64,000 bases of DNA from Faecousia sp. GTDB taxonomy: Bacteria > Bacillota > Clostridia > Oscillospirales > Oscillospiraceae. The stretch spans positions 82 through 64,081 of the forward strand of contig JAZOAV010000040.1 in the NCBI GenBank assembly GCA_045595645.1. The letters run 5' to 3'. The notes under the pieces are model-generated. The model made no database searches, was not told where the DNA came from, and saw only the letters and a list, made by a program, of their open reading frames with translations. A program made the position numbers and the translations under genes. Below, one piece after another: positions 19,137-27,765 of the stretch; position 1 is the first letter of the stretch, and every line of letters begins with the position of its first letter.

Positions 19137-19174
19137 TGGCTTTTTCTTTGCCGCTCTGTTTCGTTTTATGAATT

Positions 19175-19337
19175 GTAGCGCGCGGCTTCCCAGACGCGCC
19201 TGCATGCACCTTCGTAATGATTCATAGGGGTCGATGCCCACATCGACCCGAACCGCGAAGCGGCGGACGGTGCGCAATACCGAAATGGTACAAATTCGAT
19301 AGTTCCTGCACGGCGCGTCAAGGATGTGGCGCGCTAC
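19175..19337. repeat. REP cluster (REPIN-like inverted pair plus an internal REP)
   Basis: 19175-19200 identical to 12753-12778; internal (A)TAGGGGTCGATGCCCACATCGACCC; inverted ..GGCGCGCTAC at 19312-19337. Confidence 0.8.
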
Positions 19338-19413
19338 GGTATTGAACGATAGTCTTTCAGACAAATCAAAATTCAATCCAGTTTGTATGATTCCCAAAAT
19401 ATTCTTGCACCTC

Positions 19414-19596
19414 TTGAAATATTGGCAGGTCTGTGATACAATACTTCTGCGACATAGCTTAATAGCTTCTCAAACAGGCGTACATTTGGTAAAAATGTAC
19501 GCTCGGTCATCATGCCTGTTTGGGAATGAGCTGTGTCGCAACAGGACTGTGCTGCATTTTTCGGTGCGCTCCTGTTGGGGCGCACTTTTTATTTTT
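19414..19596 (+). ncRNA. Candidate structured leader / sRNA with promoter and terminator
   Basis: TTGAAA N17 TACAAT; long nested stems 19448-19540; terminator 19564-19596. Confidence 0.55.
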
Positions 19597-19632
19597 ATCA
19601 AAGAATTATCACGGGAAGGATGGTAAAAAAAG

Positions 19633-19926
19633 ATGAACGAACAGCAGGATCTGCTTTTGCGTTTGGGGTTCTCTTTGGCAGAATTGGGGAAGCAAATGGA
19701 AAAGCGGCGTGACAGAATCGAAGAGCTGCTTGCCCAAGGATGCTCCCCCGATGCACCGGAGTCGGTTCAACTGGCAAAGGAATACCGTCTTCTCCAAAGC
19801 CAATTCGCCTGTCTGGAAGCACAGTATCAGGAAACCAAAACGGAGCTTTTCCCCGAAAAAATAATACAACGGAGGATTCCATCTCGGAACCCTCCGTCTT
19901 TTTTTACTTCAATTCCACGCTATTGA
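19633..19926 (+). CDS. Small coiled-coil hypothetical protein (3' end possibly frameshifted)
   Basis: RBS-like GGAAGGATGG; helical composition; reads through the terminator repeat; removing one A from A6 at 19856-19861 would give TAA at 19862. Confidence 0.55.
   Translation: MNEQQDLLLRLGFSLAELGKQMEKRRDRIEELLAQGCSPDAPESVQLAKEYRLLQSQFACLEAQYQETKTELFPEKIIQRRIPSRNPPSFFTSIPRY
19867..19903. terminator. Terminator hairpin, copy 2 of the 37-bp direct repeat
   Basis: 36/37 identical to 17635-17671. Confidence 0.85.
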
Positions 19927-21079
19927 GAAGCGATGTACTATAGAGGAACAGCACATCCCGATTGTCAAAGGAAGCGAAGTTTTGCAGCATATGGGTGCCG
20001 CCGGTCAGCCAGCGGGTATCCAGCATGGTAATCTTGGCATAGTCCTGTACCAGCAAGGGAGCCAAGGCTCTGCTGTTGGAATCGCGGAAGATCACCAGCT
20101 CCTTATCGGTGGTGGCATTGGGATTTTCAATGACGACCTTGCCACTTTCTTTTGAAAGGAAGACCTCGTACATATCGCCGTAAACCGTATAGCTGCCGTT
20201 GGGATTCTGCACCAGCTCCACCTTGCTCCGATCCCAGTCATAAACGCCCTTCACAGGTGTTGCACCGTCATAGCTGACCAGGCAGTTATTCAGCACATCA
20301 CTGTGGAGCAGGAACATATCCTCTCCCGCCACAGGCACGGCGATCTGCCCGTAATACACACCGTAGAAGAGATCATCCAGCTTCTGCACGGTGAAATCTT
20401 CCTCCTTGGGGCCTTCCTTACCCATAGCATTTGCCAGTTTTTGGGCAACATCCATGATTTTTTCCTGCCGCCAGTGGGTATCGGTACGATAAAACATGGA
20501 AACATCCATTACATCCAAAAGACTGATATGGGTCGCCCAAGGGGCATTGGCTTCCACATCGGCAAAGAGCTTCTCATAATCCAACGACATGGAAGCATGC
20601 CCGCTGGGCTCTGCCAAATAGTAATTCTTGTCGGGAATGACAGACATATACACATTGCAGCCCTCCGCATCCTTCAGATACTTCTCGTAAATTCTCTGAA
20701 TGGACGCAAGGTTCTTTTGGAATACCTCCTCATTGAGAGGTGTCATTTCCGCAATATAGCCGTCTTGGATATATTTGCCGTTATTATTGCTCTGATTCAG
20801 AGCATACAAATGGAACATAGCCTTGATCCCGCGGAAGGTGTCCCGCAGGGGGAACTGGTCGAGGGTGTAGGAATTGAACTCGGTCATAAAAGACGAAGTG
20901 CCTCTTTTGCTGTCGTCCTTTTCCAAAATGTTCTCAAGGGTCAGCTCCGGAAACTGATCCAGATAGCTGCGCTCCGTGAAGGAATAGACCTCATCGGGGG
21001 AAAACCAAGCAAATCCGGCGATCAGCAGCCAAAGGCCAACCACTACGACTGCGCCAACGGCTCTTATTGTTTTGCTCAT
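19904..21079 (-). CDS. DHHW/AlgJ-like SGNH O-acetyltransferase partner
   Basis: N-terminal TM, DQFPLRD, FYRTDTHW, FRDS motifs; downstream of MBOAT. Confidence 0.8.
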   Translation of the reverse strand: MSKTIRAVGAVVVVGLWLLIAGFAWFSPDEVYSFTERSYLDQFPELTLENILEKDDSKRGTSSFMTEFNSYTLDQFPLRDTFRGIKAMFHLYALNQSNNNGKYIQDGYIAEMTPLNEEVFQKNLASIQRIYEKYLKDAEGCNVYMSVIPDKNYYLAEPSGHASMSLDYEKLFADVEANAPWATHISLLDVMDVSMFYRTDTHWRQEKIMDVAQKLANAMGKEGPKEEDFTVQKLDDLFYGVYYGQIAVPVAGEDMFLLHSDVLNNCLVSYDGATPVKGVYDWDRSKVELVQNPNGSYTVYGDMYEVFLSKESGKVVIENPNATTDKELVIFRDSNSRALAPLLVQDYAKITMLDTRWLTGGTHMLQNFASFDNRDVLFLYSTSLLNSVELK

Positions 21080-21092
21080 ATCACCGCCTCCT

Positions 21093-22544
21093 TTAGAATC
21101 GGAAATACAGGAACGGGCTGAATGCGCCGTCCACCAGGTAGCCGGTACAAACCAGCAAGAGAATCAGCAGAAGAATGGGTTCTAAAACAGCCATCACAGA
21201 AGCGGTCTTTCTTCCCTCCGCCAGCCGATTGACGGTATTCTTTACCCAACAGGTGGAGCCCACAATGCCCAAGATAAATAACACTGCAAAGCTGCCCAGG
21301 TAGTACAAGGTGGCATCACTCAGGAAGGGTAGACCGCCGAAGCCGAACATATTCGCCAAATCCGTTCCGATCTGCGAAAGATCCGCAGCATTAAAAATGA
21401 CCATGCCGAGGAACACCACCAACAAGGTGTAGACACGGCGAAGCACATCAGGCATTTTCTTCAGGGCAGGCACCCACTTTTCAACCAGCAGGAACACCGC
21501 GTACAGAAGACCCCAAAGGACATAATTCCATGCCGCACCATGCCACAGACCGGTCAGGGACCACACTATAAAGGTGTTAACCAGCCATCTCACATTGCTT
21601 ACCCGATTGCCTCCCAAGGGGATATACACATAGTCCCGAAACCAGGAGCCCAGGCTGATATGCCAACGCTTCCAGAACTCTGCAACGGACTTGGACATAT
21701 AGGGGTAGTTAAAGTTTTCAATAAAGTGGAAGCCAAATACCCGACCCAAACCAATGGCCATATCGCTGTAGCCGGAGAAATCGAAATAAATATTCAGGCC
21801 AATGGAAATGGCATACATCCAGTAAAAGACCACACTTTGCTCACTGCTTTCCCGGAACAGGCGCATCAAAAGGGCAAAGTTATCTGCAAGGATGATCTTC
21901 TTGGCAAGTCCGATCACAAAGCGACGAATACCCAGGGCAATTTCATCCCAGCTATGGCTTCGCTTGTCGATCTCCCGCGCCACATCCACATAACGGACAA
22001 TGGGACCTGCGATCAACTGCGGGAACAGTGCCACATAGGTACCGAAGCTAATGGGATTTTTCTGCACTTTCGCATTGCCACGATACACATCAATGGTATA
22101 GCTCATGGCCTGGAAGGTGTAGAAGCTGATACCCACAGGCAGGGCCAGCCGCAGCAGAGGTACGCTCAGACCCGTCAGGGCATTAAAATTATCCACAAAG
22201 AAGTCTGCGTATTTGAACAGACCCAGCAATGCCAAACTGGTAATGACACTGACACAGAGCCAAATTTTCTTCCAGAGCTTTGTCTGCGCCTTGCCGATAG
22301 CAAGCCCGCAAGCCCAAAACATAAAAATTGTACCGATCATCAAAAAGACATAGCGCGGCTCGCCCCATGCGTAGAACACCAAGCTAAAAGCCAAAAGGAT
22401 CACATTTTTTGTAAATAACCCCGCCTTTTCCCCATTTTTTCCGCACAGACGGAACAGTCCTTCCACTCCCCATGACAGCAGGAAATAGGAAATTATGACC
22501 ACAGGCAAAAAGTAATACAAAAAGGGAACACTGGAAAATAGCAT
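21093..22544 (-). CDS. MBOAT O-acyltransferase (AlgI/DltB-like)
   Basis: LPVGISFYTFQ, FPQLIAGPIVRY, YFDFSGYSDMAIG, FWKRWHISL, GLWHGA, PFLYFRF. Confidence 0.95.
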   Translation of the reverse strand: MLFSSVPFLYYFLPVVIISYFLLSWGVEGLFRLCGKNGEKAGLFTKNVILLAFSLVFYAWGEPRYVFLMIGTIFMFWACGLAIGKAQTKLWKKIWLCVSVITSLALLGLFKYADFFVDNFNALTGLSVPLLRLALPVGISFYTFQAMSYTIDVYRGNAKVQKNPISFGTYVALFPQLIAGPIVRYVDVAREIDKRSHSWDEIALGIRRFVIGLAKKIILADNFALLMRLFRESSEQSVVFYWMYAISIGLNIYFDFSGYSDMAIGLGRVFGFHFIENFNYPYMSKSVAEFWKRWHISLGSWFRDYVYIPLGGNRVSNVRWLVNTFIVWSLTGLWHGAAWNYVLWGLLYAVFLLVEKWVPALKKMPDVLRRVYTLLVVFLGMVIFNAADLSQIGTDLANMFGFGGLPFLSDATLYYLGSFAVLFILGIVGSTCWVKNTVNRLAEGRKTASVMAVLEPILLLILLLVCTGYLVDGAFSPFLYFRF

Positions 22545-22629
22545 TTACATTTTCCTCCTTTCGTGTTGTTGTGTGCGCACAGATAGCAACAACTTTTGTT
22601 TTCATCTGTTCGCACACAATTTATTTTGA

Positions 22630-22667
22630 AAGAGGGCAACGGTGTTGCCGCTGCCCTCTTGCTTTTT
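22630..22667. terminator. Terminator-like hairpin between lipoprotein and MBOAT genes
   Basis: AAGAGGGCAACGG...CCGCTGCCCTCTT. Confidence 0.6.
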
Positions 22668-22688
22668 CGTCTTAATAATTTCTAAGAA

Positions 22689-23312
22689 TTAGCCTTCAAA
22701 AGCTTCGTTGTACAGAACGGTAACGCTGGGATAAGCCTCGCCAAGCACAACATTAAAGTTCTCAATGTTCTGGCTGGTACCGAACATTGCGATCACGCAA
22801 CCGTCTACATTGGCAATCAGCAACTGTTCAGGACGACCGCTCATATAGTGACCGGACTGAAGAGAGTCATGCAGAGTGGCAGCAAAGGTGTTGCAGTCAA
22901 CGCCTTCTACCAAATTGTAGACGCCGGCGCAGAAGATGTTGGTGTTCATGGGGTGCATAGCGTTTGCAATAGCCTGAATGTTACCGATTTCAGCTTCAGG
23001 AACTTTCAGTTCATTGCCAATGAATGCAACATCGGTGAGAAGAACTTCTGCGGGGCCTTCCCAGTTAGAGTTCTCGTAGCCGCCGCCTGCAAATCCAAAC
23101 TCGAATTCAGTGCCGGCGAACTTAGTGGCGTAGCTGTCAACCAGACCCTGAATCACTTCCAGTGCATCGGGAGCGGGGACAACTGCTTCGGTGGTGGGCT
23201 CGGTAGTGGTGGTGGGCTCAGTGGTGGTAGTTTCGGGAGTGGTATCCTCGCCGCAGGCGACCAGGGACAGAACCATAACCAAGCAAAGTACGATAGCAAA
23301 CAGTTTCTTCAT
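22689..23312 (-). CDS. Lipoprotein with Thr/Pro-rich linker, MBOAT-associated
   Basis: MKKLFAIV..SLVAC lipobox; ETTTTEPTTTTEP linker. Confidence 0.8.
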   Translation of the reverse strand: MKKLFAIVLCLVMVLSLVACGEDTTPETTTTEPTTTTEPTTEAVVPAPDALEVIQGLVDSYATKFAGTEFEFGFAGGGYENSNWEGPAEVLLTDVAFIGNELKVPEAEIGNIQAIANAMHPMNTNIFCAGVYNLVEGVDCNTFAATLHDSLQSGHYMSGRPEQLLIANVDGCVIAMFGTSQNIENFNVVLGEAYPSVTVLYNEAFEG

Positions 23313-23557
23313 TTCAAATTTTCTCCTTAAATTTTTTAATCGTGATGTATTCATCGCCTACATAGACGATGAAAAAACAAAAAGGTTCCCAAAAAATCAA
23401 AAAATTTTTTGTGTTTATCAACTTTACGCAGCACCCGAGGACTGCTTGGCACTATGCCCCCCTTTGAAGGGGGGTACGGGGGGTTGCAAATCTCCACACA
23501 CAACCGACATAGTACAAATATGACGGTTCAGCAACCCCCTTGTATTCCCCCTTAAAA

Positions 23558-23759
23558 GGCAATGCTGTCAACTTAATGGAATCAGACAGGTTTTGCATTG
23601 CCATAAGGGAGTGGGAGAAGCCTTATAAAGCGAAGCATAAGACTTATATAGCATCGATTTAAAGTTCTGAACTTTAAATCGATGTAGCGCAAAGGGATAA
23701 TTGTTATTGCTTAAACCCTCCTATTTTTCTACGGTTTTTATTAAGTTGACAGCATTGCC
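23558..23759. mobile_element. 202-bp MITE with 20-bp perfect TIRs and TTAAAA target duplication
   Basis: GGCAATGCTGTCAACTTAAT ... ATTAAGTTGACAGCATTGCC; TTAAAA on both sides; TIR resembles the IS1 end. Confidence 0.85.
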
Positions 23760-23837
23760 TTAAAAGGGGGACAAGGCAATTCGGTAGTCCCCACTAAAAA
23801 ATATAATGCGAAACGAAATTGATAAGTGCAGAATCTT

Positions 23838-24290
23838 TTATATCTTTTGTTCCTGCATATACTCAGCCATGATATCCGCAGCCAGGCGGCACAGCTCACC
23901 ACAGGGACGGCGCTTGTAATATTGTTCGGTGCGTTCCTCGGGTTTGGCACCGGTGGTAGCGGAGACACCTGCCAACAGCTCCCGACAAATATAGCTACCG
24001 GTCTCTGCCTTAAAACGGGCAGCCAAATCCTGAACACGGGCATAGTGGGCAGCCTTCGCCTCGGCAGGAACGACCTCACCTTCGGCATAGAGCAGACCCG
24101 CCACCAAAAACATGCCGCTGACCGCGCCGCAGACTTCCCGCAAGCGACCCATGCCGCCACCCAAAGAAGCAGCAAGCTTCATGGCAGTCGGCTCGTCCAA
24201 GCCGGTCACATCGGAAAACGCCAGCAAAACCGCCTGTGCGCAGTTGTAGCCGCTCTCAAAATTCTGTTTCGCTTTTTCACCGTATGTCAT
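23838..24290 (-). CDS. C-GCAxxG-C-C family redox protein
   Basis: GYNCAQAV, GGGMG..EVCGAVSG, CRELL, RPC. Confidence 0.9.
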   Translation of the reverse strand: MTYGEKAKQNFESGYNCAQAVLLAFSDVTGLDEPTAMKLAASLGGGMGRLREVCGAVSGMFLVAGLLYAEGEVVPAEAKAAHYARVQDLAARFKAETGSYICRELLAGVSATTGAKPEERTEQYYKRRPCGELCRLAADIMAEYMQEQKI

Positions 24291-25036
24291 ACTGCACTCT
24301 CCTTCGGAAATTTCACACCGTTGTATTTTAATAAGTAGCGCAGGGGATAAAATCCCTGCAAATAGTTTTTCTCATACCAGCCAAAAGTCGCTTGTGGCAA
24401 CTGCCGCAGCTCCGGTGCTTCACAGCGGAACAGCTCAAAGGTGGTTTGGTCACCGGAAATGAGAGCCGCGATCAGCTCCACCTGTCCCTCCACAGCCAAA
24501 CGGGCAAAACAGGCATCCATCAGCGTGACGCAGATAAATTCCTCCTCGTCAGCTCGTTGCTCCTTGGTGGCGAACCAAAACAAGAAATCCGCCTGCGTAA
24601 AGGCCTTGCGGGTGGTAACAAGAGCCAGCTTTTGGAATTCCTCCTCCGCTTCCCGCCTGAGCACATCGATGAGATAATACATGAGCTTTTCATCCAGAGA
24701 ACAGCAATCGATCAAAACCTCATAGGCTGAGCGAGGGCCGTCAGGCTCGTCAATTTTGGGAGGCTCGGCTTCGTCCGTTTCTTCTTGCTCTGCATTCTGC
24801 AAAGCCTGCATCAATTCTTCGGGGCTGATATTGACTTCCGCATCGGAAAGGCTTTCCCCATCCTGCGCAGCGCACAGACGAAGGAACTGTCCCAAGCCCA
24901 TAGTCTGAATCTGCATTTGCAGCTCTGCCGCCCGTTCCATAGGCGTTTCCTTCTGTAGGGAGATCCCCTCTGGCATGGGGCGCGACCCGCTTTCTATTTC
25001 TTCTAAATAACGCAAATAGCGTTCAGCTACCGTCAT
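24287..25036 (-). CDS. Acidic hypothetical protein
   Basis: ATG 25036 with RBS GAGG; stop overlaps the next start. Confidence 0.7.
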   Translation of the reverse strand: MTVAERYLRYLEEIESGSRPMPEGISLQKETPMERAAELQMQIQTMGLGQFLRLCAAQDGESLSDAEVNISPEELMQALQNAEQEETDEAEPPKIDEPDGPRSAYEVLIDCCSLDEKLMYYLIDVLRREAEEEFQKLALVTTRKAFTQADFLFWFATKEQRADEEEFICVTLMDACFARLAVEGQVELIAALISGDQTTFELFRCEAPELRQLPQATFGWYEKNYLQGFYPLRYLLKYNGVKFPKESAV

Positions 25037-25150
25037 CGCATAACACCTCAGCATAATTATAGCGCATTGGGCAGGAAAAATCAACTGTACTTGACTTGTT
25101 TTTCGGGAAAATATATAATATTCACAAAACAAAGTAAGGTGGAGAGTTTT

Positions 25151-25993
25151 ATGCGTATCAAAATCACCTCTGACAGTACCTGCGACCTGCCTAAGGAGCA
25201 AATTGAAAGCTTAAATGTTGCCGTTTATCCCATGATCGTCAACAAGGGCGACAAGAGCTACCGGGACGGCGTAGACATCACCCCCTCCGACATCTATGCT
25301 CATGTTGCCGCCGGCAATCCCCTGTGCAGCACCTCTGCCGGTCCCGTGGGCGAGTATGTGGACTTCTTTGCCCCCTTCGCCAAGGAATACGATGCCGTTG
25401 TGCATATCAGTCTGGGTTCCGGCTTCTCCTCTACCCATCAGAATGCCTGCCTCGCCGCCCAGGAATTTGACAATGTGTATGTGGTCGACTCCTGCAACCT
25501 GTCCTCCGGTCAGGGTCATGTGGTGCTGGAGGCCTGCCGTTTAGCCAAAACCGAAAGCGACCCCGCAGAGCTGTACCGCAAGCTGAAGGACTTTGCGCCC
25601 AAGGTGGACGCCAGCTTCCTTTTAGACCGTCTGGACTACATGGTCAAGGGTGGCCGCTGCTCAGCAGTGGCTATGCTGGGTGCCAACCTCCTGCGGCTGA
25701 AGCCCTGTATCGAGGTCGTGGATAACAAGATGGTCGTTGCCAAGAAGTATCGGGGCAATTACAATAAGTGTCTGGAAGCCTATGTCCGTGAACGATTGCA
25801 GGATATGAGCGGCCTGCGTACCGAAGAAATCTTCCTGACCCACACGCTGGTTTCTCAGGAAAGCGTCGATATCGTGCGCAAAAGCATTGAGAGCTGCGGC
25901 TCCTTTGAGCAAATCTACGAATCCACCGCCGGCTGTACCATCACCTGCCACTGCGGCGAGGGCACCCTCGGCATCCTCTATGTGCATAAGTAA
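25151..25993 (+). CDS. DegV/FakB fatty-acid-binding protein
   Basis: ITSDSTCDL, STS, VVDS, KGGR, HCG.GTLG. Confidence 0.92.
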   Translation: MRIKITSDSTCDLPKEQIESLNVAVYPMIVNKGDKSYRDGVDITPSDIYAHVAAGNPLCSTSAGPVGEYVDFFAPFAKEYDAVVHISLGSGFSSTHQNACLAAQEFDNVYVVDSCNLSSGQGHVVLEACRLAKTESDPAELYRKLKDFAPKVDASFLLDRLDYMVKGGRCSAVAMLGANLLRLKPCIEVVDNKMVVAKKYRGNYNKCLEAYVRERLQDMSGLRTEEIFLTHTLVSQESVDIVRKSIESCGSFEQIYESTAGCTITCHCGEGTLGILYVHK

Positions 25994-26021
25994 ACCAAAA
26001 TGAGCAGCACGCCCGTGCTGC

Positions 26022-27743
26022 TCATTTGATTTTTTCTATATGTCCGTTGCGGATTTCGTAGATATGGTCGCACTGGCTCAAAACGCTGGGTCTGTGAGTG
26101 GTGAGGACGCAGGTCTTCCCCGACAGGGTAGACAAATTCTCCAAAACCCGCTGCTCCGTTTCCAAATCCAAAGCGGAGGTCACTTCGTCCAACAGTAAAA
26201 TCGGTGCATCTGCCAACAGCGCGCGAGCCAAAGCCAAACGCTGATTCTGTCCGATGGACAAGGAGCCGCCCCGCTCTCTCATGCGATGATGCAGACCGTC
26301 AGGCAGCTTCCTCACAAAATCCTCGGCACAGGCCAAGCGCAGGGCTGCATACAATTCCTCCTCCGTCGCCTCGGGGCGCACCAAACGAAGGGTGTCAGCC
26401 AAGGTGCCGGAAAACATCACATGGTCTTGCGGCACATAAGCAAACAATCCCCGCGTGGAAGGGGACGCAGACAGGTGTTCGTCGCCCATATGCAGCAAAA
26501 TCTCTCCTTCTTCCGGTGCCAGCATTCCCAAAAAGGCACGGAACAGAGTCGTTTTTCCGCTGCCGGAGGGTCCCACAAGGGCCACTGTTTCTCCCGGGCG
26601 AATGTGCAAATTCACCCGCTCCAAGATCCGCTCCTGCTGTGCATAACGCAAGCACAGCTCCCGCAGCTCGATCTCCACCGGAACGCCCTTCATTCTTTCT
26701 ACCAGCTCCCGCTGGGAATGGTCCTCTCTGGGTCGCTCAAAAATGGTCATAATACGGCGGGCAGAGATAGTGCAATCAATGGCCGATGGCACCAGCTTGA
26801 TCAAAACCGTCAGTGAACCGGACAGATAGCTTGCCAGCTGGAGAAACAGCACCATCGTGCCAAAATCCACCTTCCACGCCCAAAGACGATAAGCTCCCCA
26901 GCCCAGACACAGATAGCTGATCAAGGCACTGCAAACAGACAAAAATGCCGAATTTGCCACAGAGACACGATTGAATTTCAGTGCACTGTCATAGTAGCTG
27001 CCCTGCACCCGATAGAGTCGCTGCAAGAAGCTGTCGGCAAGGCCAAACGCCTGAATATTCTGGGCATTTTGCAGAGCCTCCTCATGAAATGCCATCATAT
27101 CCGCACTCACGCTGCGCAGCTCTGCACCGAGGCTGCGCATTTTTTGCACATAAGGCTTTGCCGCGAGCAAAGACAGGGGTGCCACCAGCAGGGCGAAGGT
27201 CGCCATAGTGGGGTCATGGAGCAAAATCACACCAAGGGTAGCAAAAAATCGGGTGACCTGAATGACCAAGGTGGGCACCCAGCCCAGCACACTGTTGGCA
27301 ACCACCGTCACATCCGTATTTAAACGGCTGAGCAGATCGCCGGAGTGGTATTCCTGCAAGGATTGCCAATCCGTATGCAAAAACATTGCAAAAACCTCAC
27401 TGCGCAGTTCGTTGGATACCTGTAGGTTGATTTTTGCGCTGTAACGACCAATGACAGCCGTCAGCAAGATATTCAGACCCGTAAGCAGAGCCACCGTACC
27501 GCCGTAAAACAGGATGCGCCAGCCGCCGTAGCCTTCCTTCGTCCCCGTAAAGACGATGGAATTGATCAGCTCCTTGGATCCAAGGGTCACAAGCAGACTC
27601 AGAGCCGTACCTACCAAACCAAGAAGGATATACCGGAGGATCGCGCGCCGATAGCTGCGCACATGGGAATAAACCCAGCGGCTCTCCTTCCACATCTCCC
27701 TAAGGGTGTCCCCTCGGAAGAATCGCTTGTCCTTTTCCGACAT
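26022..27743 (-). CDS. ABC exporter, fused permease/ATPase
   Basis: TM domain, HSGDLLSR, GPSGSGKT, LSIGQNQR, LLDEVTSALD; RBS AGGAGG before ATG 27743. Confidence 0.9.
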   Translation of the reverse strand: MSEKDKRFFRGDTLREMWKESRWVYSHVRSYRRAILRYILLGLVGTALSLLVTLGSKELINSIVFTGTKEGYGGWRILFYGGTVALLTGLNILLTAVIGRYSAKINLQVSNELRSEVFAMFLHTDWQSLQEYHSGDLLSRLNTDVTVVANSVLGWVPTLVIQVTRFFATLGVILLHDPTMATFALLVAPLSLLAAKPYVQKMRSLGAELRSVSADMMAFHEEALQNAQNIQAFGLADSFLQRLYRVQGSYYDSALKFNRVSVANSAFLSVCSALISYLCLGWGAYRLWAWKVDFGTMVLFLQLASYLSGSLTVLIKLVPSAIDCTISARRIMTIFERPREDHSQRELVERMKGVPVEIELRELCLRYAQQERILERVNLHIRPGETVALVGPSGSGKTTLFRAFLGMLAPEEGEILLHMGDEHLSASPSTRGLFAYVPQDHVMFSGTLADTLRLVRPEATEEELYAALRLACAEDFVRKLPDGLHHRMRERGGSLSIGQNQRLALARALLADAPILLLDEVTSALDLETEQRVLENLSTLSGKTCVLTTHRPSVLSQCDHIYEIRNGHIEKIK

Positions 27744-27765
27744 AGACACCCTCCTTTGCTTTGGT

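Noticed and set aside
19448-19596. 6S RNA or SRP RNA
   Set aside because: No central bubble of 6S size and no SRP helix-8 GNRA motif; kept only as an unknown structured RNA.
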